Below the pieces are notes generated by a model. The model did not search any database. It had not been told where the DNA came from and saw only the letters and a list, made by a program, of their open reading frames with translations. From Flavobacteriales bacterium (lineage in GTDB: Bacteria; Bacteroidota; Bacteroidia; Flavobacteriales_D; Sanyastnellaceae), in the NCBI GenBank assembly GCA_027488055.1, contig JAIYCK010000287.1, positions 1 to 42,611 of the forward strand: a stretch of 42,611 nt of DNA. The letters are read 5' to 3'. Positions 23,291-33,407 of this stretch are shown one piece after another. Every line of letters starts with the position of its first letter. The stretch's first letter is position 1. The position numbers were made by a program, and so were the translations under genes.

Positions 23291-23668
23291 TCAATCAACA
23301 GAAACACGGTACACATCGGTTGAATTGCGAGGGATATTCCTCACTTCAAAACCACCTTCCTGAGGAATATCTTCGATCAAATCGAATTGACGCACGCTTT
23401 TGGGCAGTGGAGTAAAAATGAGCGTAAAAACATGTTTTGTATTGGGCGGAATCATGAGCCATTGCGGGTACATGGAAATTCCTTCGGCATGCACCAAGGT
23501 GGCCTTCTGTGAGGTGCCCGCTGCTTTGAGATAGGTCGTTTTCCAAATACGAATGAGGCCACCTTCACTGTTTGAGCGATAGCTGCAGTGCACGATGATC
23601 TGTCCTTCTTGCGCTGGTTCAAGGCGCACATCAATGATGGGTTTATGAAGTATTTCCGTTGCAGACAT
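23291..23668 (-). CDS. Hypothetical cytoplasmic protein, 125 aa
   Basis: ORF 23291..23737 trimmed to ATG 23668 (MSATEILHKP...), because the longer form runs through the upstream terminator hairpin. No family was recognised. Confidence 0.5.
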   Translation of the reverse strand: MSATEILHKPIIDVRLEPAQEGQIIVHCSYRSNSEGGLIRIWKTTYLKAAGTSQKATLVHAEGISMYPQWLMIPPNTKHVFTLIFTPLPKSVRQFDLIEDIPQEGGFEVRNIPRNSTDVYRVSVD

Positions 23669-23726
23669 AGAAGTTAATGGGCGACAATAAATGGTATTAT
23701 GTGCTTCTTGACTCGAACATGCGAAT

Positions 23727-23756
23727 AAAAAGGCCATCCCGAGGGATGGCCTTTTT
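23727..23756 (-). terminator. Rho-independent (bidirectional-looking) terminator of the M43 protease gene
   Basis: aaaaa-GGCCATCCC-ga-GGGATGGCC-ttttt, 22 nt downstream of stop 23779. Confidence 0.75.
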
Positions 23757-23778
23757 CATTTACCAAATGGTTATTTGG

Positions 23779-25971
23779 TTATTGTTTTGCTACCATGGTT
23801 GTGGAGCGATTCGTGCCGTCAGTTAATACTACAGTGTAGTATCCATTCGCCAATGGAGCGAAATCAAGCACAACAGTGTTGCTGCCTTCGATGGCGGCAT
23901 AGTTGTGGCTCATGATCAAGCGTCCAGTTACATCCATGATTTGGATGGTGGTGTTAGCGTTTTCTGCAGTGTTGAATTTCACATTCAGTTTGTCAGAAGT
24001 TGGATTCGGATAAGCTGAAGTAATTGCAATCGCCTGCACCTCTTCGATGGCCATTGGCTCAACGATTGCTTCTTCGCTTTCACGGAATGCGATTGAGCTG
24101 ATACTTGCGCGGAAAGTGTAACACAAAGAGGCATTGAATGCACCGTTGTAACCATACACTTGGATTTTGTATGTACCAACGGTTGTTGTGTTGAAGATGA
24201 TCACTTCACTAGTGGTGCCTGAATTTTGAGAAATTCCAATTTGGGTGCCACTTGGGTTATACAATCTCACATCATAATCAGCGGGCAAACCGGTGATATC
24301 GATGCGGATATTGCGATTTGCAGTTGTATTGGCAAACTTGAACCAATCTTTGTCTGTCGAGGAACTGATTCGTGCAGTGAGATTCGTATTTACCGCAATT
24401 GTTTTTGCAGTACCAGTGGTATTGTTGTTCTCGTAATTATCCGTGCAAGTAGTTGAACTGGTTGTAGAGAAGGTTGTCACTGCAGTGTTAGCGCTAGTGC
24501 CCGCGCTGCAAACCGTTTGAACACGTGTGTTGTAAGATGTACCTGCTGTCAAGCCAGTCAATACGAAGGAAGTGCTTGTAGTGCTAACCGTTGTGTAAGT
24601 CGCAGCAGAAGCTAATTTGTATTGGAAGTTGTAGCTGATCGCGCCGCTAGCTGCAGTCCATGACACAGTTGCACCGGTCTGAGTAATTGCAGATACGCTT
24701 GGAGTTCCAGGTGCATTGCAAGTCACTGCGCTTGTAGTGCTGAAAGTACCGGTAGCAGAGAACACGCTTGTGCCAGAGCTACACACTGTTTGAACTTGCA
24801 CATTGTATGATGTGCCAGCAGTTAGACCAGTTAATCCAAACGACGTAGAAGTGGTGTTAACAGAAGTCCAAGTGGTTGCAGTCGACAACTTATATTCGAA
24901 GTTGTAGCTCAAAGCGTTTGCAGCTGCAGTCCAGCTGATAGTCGCTGAGTTTTGTGTAATAGCAGAAGCTGCAGGTGTACCAGGAGCATTGCAAAGATTA
25001 GGATTTGGTGCTCCGCAACCGTTGCTAGTCAAGAGACCTGCACGGAATCCACCAGAAGCAAACAAAGCTTGCATGCGGGAAGCTTGGCCTGTAGAGAACA
25101 TGTACATACATGCATCGTCTGTGTAGTCCATGTAGTTCATGAACATATCACCATTCGGGCCATTAGAGCAACTCACTTGAGGGAAAACAGGGCAGCCATA
25201 GTTTTCGTCAGCTTGGTTAGGCGTGTCGCTAACGCTATCCGTACCTGTGCAGCCGGTGCCATCGTCACCCCAAATGTGGTAAAGATTCAACCAGTGACCC
25301 ACTTCGTGCGTAGCAGTGCGACCTTTGTTGAAAGGAGCAGTGGCAGTGCCAGTCGTACCGTAGTATTGATAGTCAATTACAACGCCATCTGTGCTTGCGC
25401 TGCCGCCAGGAAACTGAGCGTAGCCCAAGATTCCGCCAGAGATATCACAAACCCAAATATTGAGATACTTGGTTGCATCCCAAGCATTTTTACCACCTGA
25501 TGTGCTGAACTTTACACCGTCATTGGTGCTGAAAGAAGTGGCTGTGGTAGAGGTACGAGTGATACCAGTAGTAGTCGCTCCATTTGGATCTGTAGAGGCC
25601 AAGCAAAACTCGATGTTTGCATCTGCAGCTAGTCCTGAGAAAGCAGCAGGTACGTTCGCCGCATCGCTGTTGAGCTTGCGGAAGTCAGCATTCAAGACAT
25701 TAATTTGAGATAGGACTTGAGCATCGCTGATGTTTTCAGCGGTAGTGTTGTACACCACGTGAACGACAACTGGGATGGTCACCAACGCACGGTCTCCACC
25801 GTTGTTGCGTGTCCATTCTTCTGTAAAAGCTTCGATTTGCTGACGCTTTTCGATCACTTGTGGGTCTGTTGACATCTGCTGAAGATGTTCCATCGAACCA
25901 CAATTTCTTTGCGCATTGGCAAAAGTCACAGCCATTGCAATGGCAGCTACCATTGTAAAAATTTTCTTCAT
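23779..25971 (-). CDS. Secreted zinc metalloprotease, M43 (cytophagalysin/pappalysin-like) + 2 FN3 domains + PPC-like domain + type-A T9SS C-terminal sorting domain, 730 aa
   Basis: Signal peptide [21 protein letters not shown]. Zinc site [11 protein letters not shown] (codons 25276-25308), then [13 protein letters not shown] (Met-turn region). Two 91-aa FN3-like repeats are present. The tail is [16 protein letters not shown]...[21 protein letters not shown]. Confidence 0.9.
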   Translation of the reverse strand: MKKIFTMVAAIAMAVTFANAQRNCGSMEHLQQMSTDPQVIEKRQQIEAFTEEWTRNNGGDRALVTIPVVVHVVYNTTAENISDAQVLSQINVLNADFRKLNSDAANVPAAFSGLAADANIEFCLASTDPNGATTTGITRTSTTATSFSTNDGVKFSTSGGKNAWDATKYLNIWVCDISGGILGYAQFPGGSASTDGVVIDYQYYGTTGTATAPFNKGRTATHEVGHWLNLYHIWGDDGTGCTGTDSVSDTPNQADENYGCPVFPQVSCSNGPNGDMFMNYMDYTDDACMYMFSTGQASRMQALFASGGFRAGLLTSNGCGAPNPNLCNAPGTPAASAITQNSATISWTAAANALSYNFEYKLSTATTWTSVNTTSTSFGLTGLTAGTSYNVQVQTVCSSGTSVFSATGTFSTTSAVTCNAPGTPSVSAITQTGATVSWTAASGAISYNFQYKLASAATYTTVSTTSTSFVLTGLTAGTSYNTRVQTVCSAGTSANTAVTTFSTTSSTTCTDNYENNNTTGTAKTIAVNTNLTARISSSTDKDWFKFANTTANRNIRIDITGLPADYDVRLYNPSGTQIGISQNSGTTSEVIIFNTTTVGTYKIQVYGYNGAFNASLCYTFRASISSIAFRESEEAIVEPMAIEEVQAIAITSAYPNPTSDKLNVKFNTAENANTTIQIMDVTGRLIMSHNYAAIEGSNTVVLDFAPLANGYYTVVLTDGTNRSTTMVAKQ
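24448..24993 (-). repeat. Two tandem 273-bp coding repeats (FN3-like modules)
   Basis: The two copies are [36 protein letters not shown]...[17 protein letters not shown] and [36 protein letters not shown]...[17 protein letters not shown]. Confidence 0.85.
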
Positions 25972-26009
25972 TCGTAAAATTTGTTGTTGGTTACTCTCTG
26001 ATTAGAAAA

Positions 26010-26017
26010 CAAAAGTA
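26010..26017 (-). promoter_or_regulatory. Candidate -7 box (TACTTTTG on the minus strand) for the M43 protease gene
   Basis: CAAAAGTA on the plus strand, about 38 nt upstream of start 25971. Confidence 0.3.
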
Positions 26018-26298
26018 AGGATGAAATGCAATTTTGGGCTATTGTGTTGTAAAACAAATGATTTGCTCCAAAAATTGGAATTCACCACGAGATTAAAAAG
26101 TTCAAAATCAAAATAGTGTGTTTTTCTCCCTTTTGAAAGTTTTTCAACTTTTATTCCAAGCGAGTGGATTTTAAGGCCTTTTTTTGGTTTTCGGATACCA
26201 TCGCACAAAAAGTCTCAGGATTGAGCCGCTTATCCGACGTGCTCAAAAGGCTTGGATACTTCGATAAGGAATGCTGCTGTAATAAGAAACTTTGGCGC

Positions 26299-26568
26299 TT
26301 AGAATCGTCGAGGCGGTGTGCCATCGTTTTTTTTAAGCCTTTTGTAAAGAGCAAGGCCCGCAAATAGTGCGAATGGAAAGATCAACACGATCCATATTCC
26401 CAGTAAACGAAGTGACATGTAAGAGAGTCCAATGAAACCTACGAGTGCCGCAATGATCAGTACAGACTTATTGAGCCCCACATTTTTTTTCGATTCGAAA
26501 AATAGGATGGCCACCGGCACGATGGCCAATATTCCAAAAATGGTGAGGAATATATCAGAGGCGCTCAT
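26299..26568 (-). CDS. Small integral membrane protein, 89 aa, about 3 TM segments
   Basis: Three hydrophobic segments and a basic C-terminal tail (KRLKKNDGTPPRRF). It lies 51 nt downstream of frr on the same strand. No family was recognised. Confidence 0.55.
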   Translation of the reverse strand: MSASDIFLTIFGILAIVPVAILFFESKKNVGLNKSVLIIAALVGFIGLSYMSLRLLGIWIVLIFPFALFAGLALYKRLKKNDGTPPRRF

Positions 26569-26619
26569 GCAGTTGGTGTATTTATTACATCAATCCATCC
26601 CTCATGGGAAAAGAAAGGA

Positions 26620-27183
26620 TTAAATAGTCATAATGTCTTTGTCCTTGATTGCTACCACTTCATCCACGCGCTTATTGAATCGATCGGTCAATTCTTGGAT
26701 TTTGGTTTCTCCCATTTTGGCTTCATCCTCTGGAAGACCATCTTTCTGTGATTGCTTCACAAATTCCATGGCGTCTTTGCGTGCGTTGCGGATACCAACT
26801 TTGGCGTGTTCGCCTTCGCTGTGAGCCTTTTTGCTCAGGTCGCGGCGGCGTTCTTCTGTCAGCATGGGCACGGAAATGATAATCAGGTCCCCATTGTTTT
26901 GGGGATTTAATCCCAGATTGGCTTCCATGATGGCTTTGGAAATGGGCTCGAGCATGTTCTTCTCCCATGCTTGAACGGTAATCGTGCGCGCATCAGGGGT
27001 GCTCACATTGGCCACATTTTTCATGGGAGTCATGGTGCCGTAGTAATCAACTTTCACAGCATCTAGCATGGATGGCGTGGCCTTACCAGCTCTGATTTTT
27101 GTCAATTCAAATTCCAAGTGTTCAATGGTTTTTTCCATTGCTTCTGAGGCTTCTGATAGCGCCATTTGTATTTCTTCTGACAT
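26620..27183 (-). CDS. frr: Ribosome recycling factor
   Basis: 187 aa, with typical RRF sequence (KIRAGKATPSMLD, PMLTEERRRDLSK). It shows the conserved pyrH-frr synteny. Confidence 0.95.
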   Translation of the reverse strand: MSEEIQMALSEASEAMEKTIEHLEFELTKIRAGKATPSMLDAVKVDYYGTMTPMKNVANVSTPDARTITVQAWEKNMLEPISKAIMEANLGLNPQNNGDLIIISVPMLTEERRRDLSKKAHSEGEHAKVGIRNARKDAMEFVKQSQKDGLPEDEAKMGETKIQELTDRFNKRVDEVVAIKDKDIMTI

Positions 27184-27207
27184 ACGCTTATTTCGTAATT
27201 AATGCGA

Positions 27208-27215
27208 CAAATATA
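27208..27215 (-). promoter_or_regulatory. Candidate -7 box (TATATTTG on the minus strand) upstream of frr
   Basis: CAAATATA on the plus strand, 24 nt upstream of start 27183. Confidence 0.3.
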
Positions 27216-27223
27216 GATTGTAG

Positions 27224-27931
27224 TTAGAAAGTCACCAAAGTGCCGACTTCCTCGCCTTTCACAAGTTTCATGAGATTGCCTTCCTTGTTCATATCGAAAA
27301 CGATGATAGGTAGTTTGTTTTCGTTGCAAAGAGTGAAAGCGGTCATATCCATGACGTTCAAGCCCTTTTCATATACTTCGTTGAAAGTGACTTTGTCGTA
27401 TTTGGTGGCCGTAGGATCTTTTTCAGGGTCGGCTGTATAAATTCCATCCACCCTCGTTCCTTTGAGGATCACGTCAGCGTCAATTTCGATGGCACGCAAG
27501 GAAGCAGCTGTATCTGTGGTAAAGAAAGGATTGCCTGTACCAGCTCCAAAGATTACTACACGTCCTTTTTCCAAGTGACGCACTGCTCTGCGTTTTATAA
27601 AAGGCTCGGCAATGCTTTTCATTTCGATGGCTGACTGCAAACGCGTTTGGATACCGATGCTTTCGAGAGCGGACTGCAAAGCCATGCTGTTGATCATGGT
27701 AGCTAGCATTCCCATGTAGTCACCTTGTGTGCGCTCCATTCCGCCTTGTTCGGCCTGAACACCTCTGAAAATATTGCCACCGCCGACTACAATCGCAATT
27801 TGAACACCCGACGCCAAGGCTTCTTGGATTTGTTGGGCATATTGCATCAACCGGTTGTTGTCGATACCAAATTGTTTGTCGCCCATGAGCGATTCACCGC
27901 TAAGTTTAAGGAGGATTCTATTGTACTTCAT
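27224..27931 (-). CDS. pyrH: UMP kinase
   Basis: [23 protein letters not shown], and the [16 protein letters not shown] motif. Start set at ATG 27931 ([13 protein letters not shown]). Confidence 0.95.
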   Translation of the reverse strand: MKYNRILLKLSGESLMGDKQFGIDNNRLMQYAQQIQEALASGVQIAIVVGGGNIFRGVQAEQGGMERTQGDYMGMLATMINSMALQSALESIGIQTRLQSAIEMKSIAEPFIKRRAVRHLEKGRVVIFGAGTGNPFFTTDTAASLRAIEIDADVILKGTRVDGIYTADPEKDPTATKYDKVTFNEVYEKGLNVMDMTAFTLCNENKLPIIVFDMNKEGNLMKLVKGEEVGTLVTF

Positions 27932-27940
27932 ATTGGGGGC

Positions 27941-27948
27941 CAAAGGTA
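27941..27948 (-). promoter_or_regulatory. Candidate -7 box (TACCTTTG on the minus strand) only about 10 nt from the pyrH start
   Basis: CAAAGGTA on the plus strand. If real, it implies a very short or absent leader. Confidence 0.25.
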
Positions 27949-28124
27949 GTCGGTGGAGTTGAAAAATGAGAGGAGCGACTTAAATTCTGGCGTAAAACTT
28001 TTTCCTGTCTCATTTCATCTGCGTGCGCAGGCCAAAAGTCAGGCAATGGCGCAAAGGAGGCAAATGAAGGCCCTATTCGGTATTACTTTCGCAGACTTAT
28101 TGAAGATAATATAAAATAGAAGAA

Positions 28125-29681
28125 ATGAGTTTGAGAAGAGTACGCGTGCGTTTTGCGCCAAGTCCGACAGGTCCATTGCATATGGGTGGGGTGCGCACCG
28201 CCTTGTATAGTTATTTATTTGCGAAGAAACATGGAGGTGATTTTTTGCTGAGAATTGAGGATACGGACCAAACACGTTTTGTGCCTGGTGCCGAACAATA
28301 TATTATTGATAGTTTGAAGTGGTGTGGCATCGCACCCAACGAAGGAGTGGGTTTCGGAGACGGTCCTCATGCGCCTTACCGTCAGAGCGAGCGCAAACCA
28401 ATGTACAGGCAATATGCCGAGCAGTTGGTGCGCGATGGATACGCTTATTTGGCTTTTGATACCGCAGAGGAAATGGATGCGCTGCGCAAAGTGGCAGAGG
28501 CCAACAAGCAAACCTTTGCTTACGATTCATCCTCTCGACTGCATCTTCGCAATTCACTCACCATGACACAGGAGGCTGTGGAGGCTGCGATTGCGGCGGG
28601 TGAGAACTATGTTATTCGACTCAAAGTACCTCGCGATGAAGAAATTCGCTTTACGGACTTGATTCGAGGTGAAGTGAAGTTCAATTCGAATGTGGTAGAC
28701 GACAAAGTCCTTTTGAAAGGAGATGGCATGCCAACATACCATTTGGCGCATATCGTAGATGATTATCTGATGGAAATCACTCATGCGATCCGTGGCGAGG
28801 AATGGTTGCCCAGCGCGCCTGGCCATATACTCACCTATCGCTATTTGGGTTGGGAAGATCAAATGCCGGCCTACGCCCATTTGCCCTTGTTACTCAAGCC
28901 TGATGGAAATGGCAAACTCAGTAAGCGTGATGGCGATCGTCTGGGTTTCCCAGTGTTTCCGATGGATTGGAGCGATCCTTCCAGCGGTGAATTAAGCAGT
29001 GGATACAAGGAGCGGGGCTATTTGCCAGAAGCATTTGTGAATATGCTTGCATTTTTGGGATGGAATCCAGGCACAGAGCAAGAAATATTCAGCTTAGAAG
29101 AATTGGCAGCAGCGTTTCACATTGAGCAAGTGCAACACGCGGGTGCCAAATTTGATCCTGAAAAAGCCAAGTGGTTCAATGAACAGCATCTTCGTCAGCT
29201 TGATGCCGGGATCATTGCCCATTCATTGCGGGCGCAAGTTGCTGAGCAATTTGGATTGTCTGCTGATGATGCCAAATTAAGCGATGCATATTTGACCAAA
29301 GCGGTTGAATTGTTGAAACCTCGTGTTCAATTTGAAAATGAGATGCCCCGTGTCGGCTCATATTTATTTGAGGCTCCCAAGGAGTTCGATCAGGCTGTGA
29401 TAGACAAAAAATGGAAGCCTGACTATATTCCTTTTTTTGAAGCCTTGAAAGACACATTTGCTGCGGCAAGCGCGCAAGACGAAGCAAGTATCAAATTGCA
29501 GTTTGAAGAAACATGCGCCGCCCACCATTTGAAGCCTGGAGAGGTATTGCAGTTATTGCGCATCTTTGTAAGCGGTCAATCAGGAGGTGTAGATTTATTT
29601 GGGATGTTGGCCTTATTGGGCGCAAGCGAATGCGCAAATCGCCTGACTGCAGCGATGGAACATGCAGTCAAAAAAGCATAA
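28125..29681 (+). CDS. gltX: Glutamate--tRNA ligase
   Basis: RFAPSPTGPLHMGGVRTALY (HIGH region), the KLSKR motif (KMSKS), and a length of 518 aa. Confidence 0.95.
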   Translation: MSLRRVRVRFAPSPTGPLHMGGVRTALYSYLFAKKHGGDFLLRIEDTDQTRFVPGAEQYIIDSLKWCGIAPNEGVGFGDGPHAPYRQSERKPMYRQYAEQLVRDGYAYLAFDTAEEMDALRKVAEANKQTFAYDSSSRLHLRNSLTMTQEAVEAAIAAGENYVIRLKVPRDEEIRFTDLIRGEVKFNSNVVDDKVLLKGDGMPTYHLAHIVDDYLMEITHAIRGEEWLPSAPGHILTYRYLGWEDQMPAYAHLPLLLKPDGNGKLSKRDGDRLGFPVFPMDWSDPSSGELSSGYKERGYLPEAFVNMLAFLGWNPGTEQEIFSLEELAAAFHIEQVQHAGAKFDPEKAKWFNEQHLRQLDAGIIAHSLRAQVAEQFGLSADDAKLSDAYLTKAVELLKPRVQFENEMPRVGSYLFEAPKEFDQAVIDKKWKPDYIPFFEALKDTFAAASAQDEASIKLQFEETCAAHHLKPGEVLQLLRIFVSGQSGGVDLFGMLALLGASECANRLTAAMEHAVKKA

Positions 29682-29693
29682 CGAACGACGAAA

Positions 29694-31361
29694 ATGAGCA
29701 TAGAAAAAGCCCCTAATTTTTTAGAAGATATTATTGCAGAGGACGTGCGACTCGGCAAGAACGATGGACGCGTATTGACACGCTTTCCACCGGAGCCCAA
29801 TGGCTATTTACATTTGGGACATGCCACAAGTATTTGTCTCAACTTTGGATTGGGTCAAAAATTCAATGGACAAACCAATTTGCGCTTTGACGATACCAAC
29901 CCCGTGACCGAGGACACAGAGTATGTAGAAAGTATACAGCGCGACATCCAGTGGTTGGGATTTCAATGGGGGAATTTATTTTATGCATCTGATTATTTCG
30001 AACAGATGTATGCATTCGCAGTGACCTTGATCAAAAAAGGGTTGGCTTATGTGGAGGATTGCAGTGCCGAGGAAATTGCGGCGATGAAAGGAACCCCCAC
30101 AGAGCCCGGTAAGGCCTCGCCTAGCCGCAATCGCTCAGTGGAAGAGAATTTGGAACTTTTCGAGGCGATGCGTGCCGGGAAGTTCAAAGAGGGAGAAAAG
30201 ACATTGCGCGCCAAGATTGACTTGGCATCGCCCAATATGCACTTGCGAGATCCGTTGATGTATCGCATCAAGTTTGCACATCATCATCGCACAGGAGACA
30301 AATGGTGCATTTATCCGATGTATGATTTTGCACATGGTCAAAGCGATTCGATCGAGCAAATCACTCATTCGATTTGCACTTTGGAATTTGAGGTCCACAA
30401 ACCGTTGTACAATTGGTTTATCGAGCAATTGGGGATCTTCCCTAGTCAGCAATATGAATTTGCGCGACGCAACATCAACTATACAGTGATGAGCAAGCGC
30501 AAGCTCATGCAATTGGTGAATGAAGGTCATGTCAACGGGTGGGATGATCCGCGCATGCCGACAATCAGTGGTATTCGTCGACGTGGCTATACTGCTGCGA
30601 GTATTCGTCATTTTTGTGAACTCACAGGCATCTCAAGGCGCGAAAATGTCATCGATGTGAGCTTGCTCGAATATTGCATCCGCGAGGAGTTGAATAAAAC
30701 AGCCACGCGGCGCATGGCGGTGATCAATCCGGTGAAGCTCATTATTGACAACTACGAAGAAGGGAAAGTAGAAATGTTGACGGGCGAGAACAATCCTGAA
30801 GTGGAAGGCGGTGGTGGCACACGTGAGATACCATTTTCACGCGAACTTTGGATTGAGCGCGAAGATTTCATGGAAGAACCACCTAAGAAATTTTTCCGAC
30901 TTGGCCCTGGCTTGACAGTGCGCCTGAAACACGCCTACATTATAAAATGCGAATCATTTGTGAAGAATGAGGCGGGCGAGGTGTCCGAGATCCATTGCAC
31001 CTATTTTCCAGAAAGCCGCAGCGGACAAGATACCAGTGGCATTCAGGTCAAAGGAACCATGCATTTCGTGAGTGCATTGCATGCATTGCCTGTGCAGGTT
31101 AATCTTTATGATCGATTGTTCAAGGTAGAAAATCCATCAGCAGAGGAAGGAGATTTCAAGTCATATATCAACGAGCAAAGTTTGACAGTCGTTCAAAATG
31201 CGTATGTGGAGCCTGCTTTGCGTGATGCCGATCCAGAGGAGAAGTTTCAGTTCATTCGTTTGGGCTATTTCTGCTTTGATCAGGATAGTAAGCGCGATCA
31301 AATGATCTTCAACCGCACCGTAACTTTGAAAGATACTTGGGCGAAGGAGGCAGGGAAATGA
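29694..31361 (+). CDS. glnS: Glutamine--tRNA ligase
   Basis: RFPPEPNGYLHLGHATSI (HIGH), VMSKRKL (KMSKS), and the typical GlnRS C-terminal beta-barrel length (555 aa). Confidence 0.95.
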   Translation: MSIEKAPNFLEDIIAEDVRLGKNDGRVLTRFPPEPNGYLHLGHATSICLNFGLGQKFNGQTNLRFDDTNPVTEDTEYVESIQRDIQWLGFQWGNLFYASDYFEQMYAFAVTLIKKGLAYVEDCSAEEIAAMKGTPTEPGKASPSRNRSVEENLELFEAMRAGKFKEGEKTLRAKIDLASPNMHLRDPLMYRIKFAHHHRTGDKWCIYPMYDFAHGQSDSIEQITHSICTLEFEVHKPLYNWFIEQLGIFPSQQYEFARRNINYTVMSKRKLMQLVNEGHVNGWDDPRMPTISGIRRRGYTAASIRHFCELTGISRRENVIDVSLLEYCIREELNKTATRRMAVINPVKLIIDNYEEGKVEMLTGENNPEVEGGGGTREIPFSRELWIEREDFMEEPPKKFFRLGPGLTVRLKHAYIIKCESFVKNEAGEVSEIHCTYFPESRSGQDTSGIQVKGTMHFVSALHALPVQVNLYDRLFKVENPSAEEGDFKSYINEQSLTVVQNAYVEPALRDADPEEKFQFIRLGYFCFDQDSKRDQMIFNRTVTLKDTWAKEAGK

Positions 31362-31624
31362 GTGATGTTCGTTCATAAGTTGTCTCGCTGTTTAAGTGCA
31401 GATTTGGATTTGCTTGACCATTCACCTCTTTGCATTTGACTTGGAGGGTATTGCCAAAAGCACCAAAGGGTGACTTGTTTCAAAGTTGAGTATTGGGCAC
31501 TTAAGTTGGTAGGTTTGGAATGTGTTCAAGGTTGTTGTGGATTGAAAAAATGGGTATTTATTTATCTCATTTCCATTGAAATAATTCAATTGAGGGGGCA
31601 TTAGTAATATCAAGTTGGAGGCCG

Positions 31625-31632
31625 TACATTTG
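31625..31632 (+). promoter_or_regulatory. Candidate -7 box (TACATTTG) 4 nt from the fbp start codon
   Basis: Exact TAnnTTTG match. If functional, the fbp mRNA would be essentially leaderless. Confidence 0.25.
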
Positions 31633-31636
31633 CACC

Positions 31637-32656
31637 ATGAGAAGCATTGTCACATTGAGTGAGTTCATCATGGAGCGCCAAGCGGATTTTCCTTATGCTT
31701 CAGGCGATCTGTCGCGCTTGTTAGCGGACATTGGTGTCGCGGCCAAAATCATCAACCATCAGGTCAACAAGGCTGGATTGCAAGATATTTTGGGAGCGGA
31801 AGGCACAAGCAATGTCCAAGGAGAAGAACAAATGAAGTTGGATGTGATCAGCGACAAAGCCCTTTTCAATGCGGTACGCTGGGGCGGTCAGGTGTGTGGA
31901 GCAGCCAGCGAAGAAAACGAGCGCTATCATGCCTTTGACAATGAGATATCTCGCAAATCGAAATATGTCATCTTGTTTGACCCTCTCGATGGTTCAAGCA
32001 ACATCGATGTCAATGTAAGTATCGGCACCATATTCAGTATTTTTCGTCGCAAAAGCAGTGTAGGCGACCTAGCCAACGTCAATGATTTTTTGCAAAAGGG
32101 AAGCGAGCAAGTAGCAGCGGGTTATGTAATCTACGGCTCAAGCACCATGCTGGTTTATACCACAGGTCATGGTGTCAATGGTTTCACATTGGAACCGAGC
32201 ATCGGAGAATTTTGTCTCTCGCATGAGGACATGAAAATTCCAGAAGAAGGTACGATCTATTCAATCAATGAAGGAAATATTCGCACTTGCAGTGAGGCGG
32301 TCCAGGAATATGTAGCTTGGTGCCAAGCGAGTGATAAGAAAACAAAAAGACCCTACACGGCCAGGTATATTGGCTCACTTGTGGCCGATGTTCATCGCAA
32401 TTTGATCAAGGGTGGTATCTATATGTATCCAGGCACTACTAAAAATCCAGAAGGCAAATTGCGCATGCAATATGAGTGCAATCCTCTGGCGTTTATTGTA
32501 GAGCAAGCTGGCGGCAAGGCGAGCGATGGTGCACAGCGCATTATGGACATTCAACCGCGCGAATTGCACATGCGTTCTCCTCTTTTCATCGGCAGCAAGC
32601 ACATGGTAGAGCGCATAGAATCATTGTTGGCTAAAGAACAAATCAAAGTACAATAA
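31637..32656 (+). CDS. fbp: Fructose-1,6-bisphosphatase, class I
   Basis: The N-terminus [24 protein letters not shown] parallels the enterobacterial Fbp N-terminus. The [13 protein letters not shown] metal-site motif and the GGIYMYP motif are also present. Confidence 0.93.
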   Translation: MRSIVTLSEFIMERQADFPYASGDLSRLLADIGVAAKIINHQVNKAGLQDILGAEGTSNVQGEEQMKLDVISDKALFNAVRWGGQVCGAASEENERYHAFDNEISRKSKYVILFDPLDGSSNIDVNVSIGTIFSIFRRKSSVGDLANVNDFLQKGSEQVAAGYVIYGSSTMLVYTTGHGVNGFTLEPSIGEFCLSHEDMKIPEEGTIYSINEGNIRTCSEAVQEYVAWCQASDKKTKRPYTARYIGSLVADVHRNLIKGGIYMYPGTTKNPEGKLRMQYECNPLAFIVEQAGGKASDGAQRIMDIQPRELHMRSPLFIGSKHMVERIESLLAKEQIKVQ

Positions 32657-32662
32657 ATAGGC

Positions 32663-33397
32663 GTGTCGGACAGCATCGTAATCATACCTACCTACAACGA
32701 AATCGAGAACATCGAACGCATGCTTCGCAAAGTGTTTTCGTTGCCGAAGTCATTTCATGTGTTAATCGTGGATGATGGCTCACCAGATGGTACAGCGGAT
32801 AAGGTCAAAGAACTTCAGAAGGAATTTGGTGACGCATTGCATTTGCATCAGCGCTCAGGTAAATTGGGTTTGGGGACCGCTTACATAGCCGGTTTCAAAT
32901 GGGCCTTGGCACGTTCCTATGCGTATGTGTTTGAAATGGATTGTGATTTCTCTCACAATCCCGATGATTTGGTGCGCCTATATGATGGCTGCGCAGTTAG
33001 TGGCGGTGATATGAGTGTGGGATCTCGATATGTGAAAGGAGGCGGAGTGAAGAATTGGCCAATGAAACGACTGGCCATGAGTTTTGGTGCGAGCTTGTAC
33101 GTGAATACTTTATTGTGGTTGGGCGTGCGAGATAGCACGGCAGGATTTGTGTGTTATACCCGTAAAGTCTTACAGACTATCGATTTGGACAGTATTCAGT
33201 TTATTGGATATGCCTTCCAGATCGAGATGAAATACAACGCGAAGCAACTAGGTTTTCGTATCGTGGAGGTTCCTATCACTTTCATTGATCGGGAGCTTGG
33301 CACAAGTAAGATGAGCATGAACATTTTCAATGAAGCGGTCATTGGGGTGTTGCGTATGCGCTTCACTCGTGTGAGTCGCAGAAATCAATCTAAATAG
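32663..33397 (+). CDS. GT2 polyprenol/dolichol-phosphate mannose synthase-like glycosyltransferase
   Basis: IVIIPTYNEIENI, VLIVDDGSPDGT, and a DCDFSH (DXD-type) motif. It uses a GTG start. Confidence 0.85.
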   Translation: MSDSIVIIPTYNEIENIERMLRKVFSLPKSFHVLIVDDGSPDGTADKVKELQKEFGDALHLHQRSGKLGLGTAYIAGFKWALARSYAYVFEMDCDFSHNPDDLVRLYDGCAVSGGDMSVGSRYVKGGGVKNWPMKRLAMSFGASLYVNTLLWLGVRDSTAGFVCYTRKVLQTIDLDSIQFIGYAFQIEMKYNAKQLGFRIVEVPITFIDRELGTSKMSMNIFNEAVIGVLRMRFTRVSRRNQSK

Positions 33398-33407
33398 TAC
33401 AGCTGCA

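Noticed and set aside
23669-23737. N-terminal extension of the 23291 ORF (MAFLFACSS...)
   Set aside because: That start codon would sit inside the terminator hairpin of the upstream protease gene (23727-23756).
24952-25500. 182-aa plus-strand ORF inside the M43 protease gene
   Set aside because: It is antisense to a CDS with clear zinc-protease and FN3 signatures, and its product looks like a Cys/Arg-rich artefact.
26021-26098. 25-aa Cys-containing ORF (MKCNFGLLCCKTNDLLQKLEFTTRL) in the 327-bp intergenic region. The 60-70-aa ORFs at 26002-26367 fall in the same category.
   Set aside because: It has no translation-initiation context, signal peptide or repeat structure. It overlaps the likely promoter region of the protease gene and is not distinguishable from chance.
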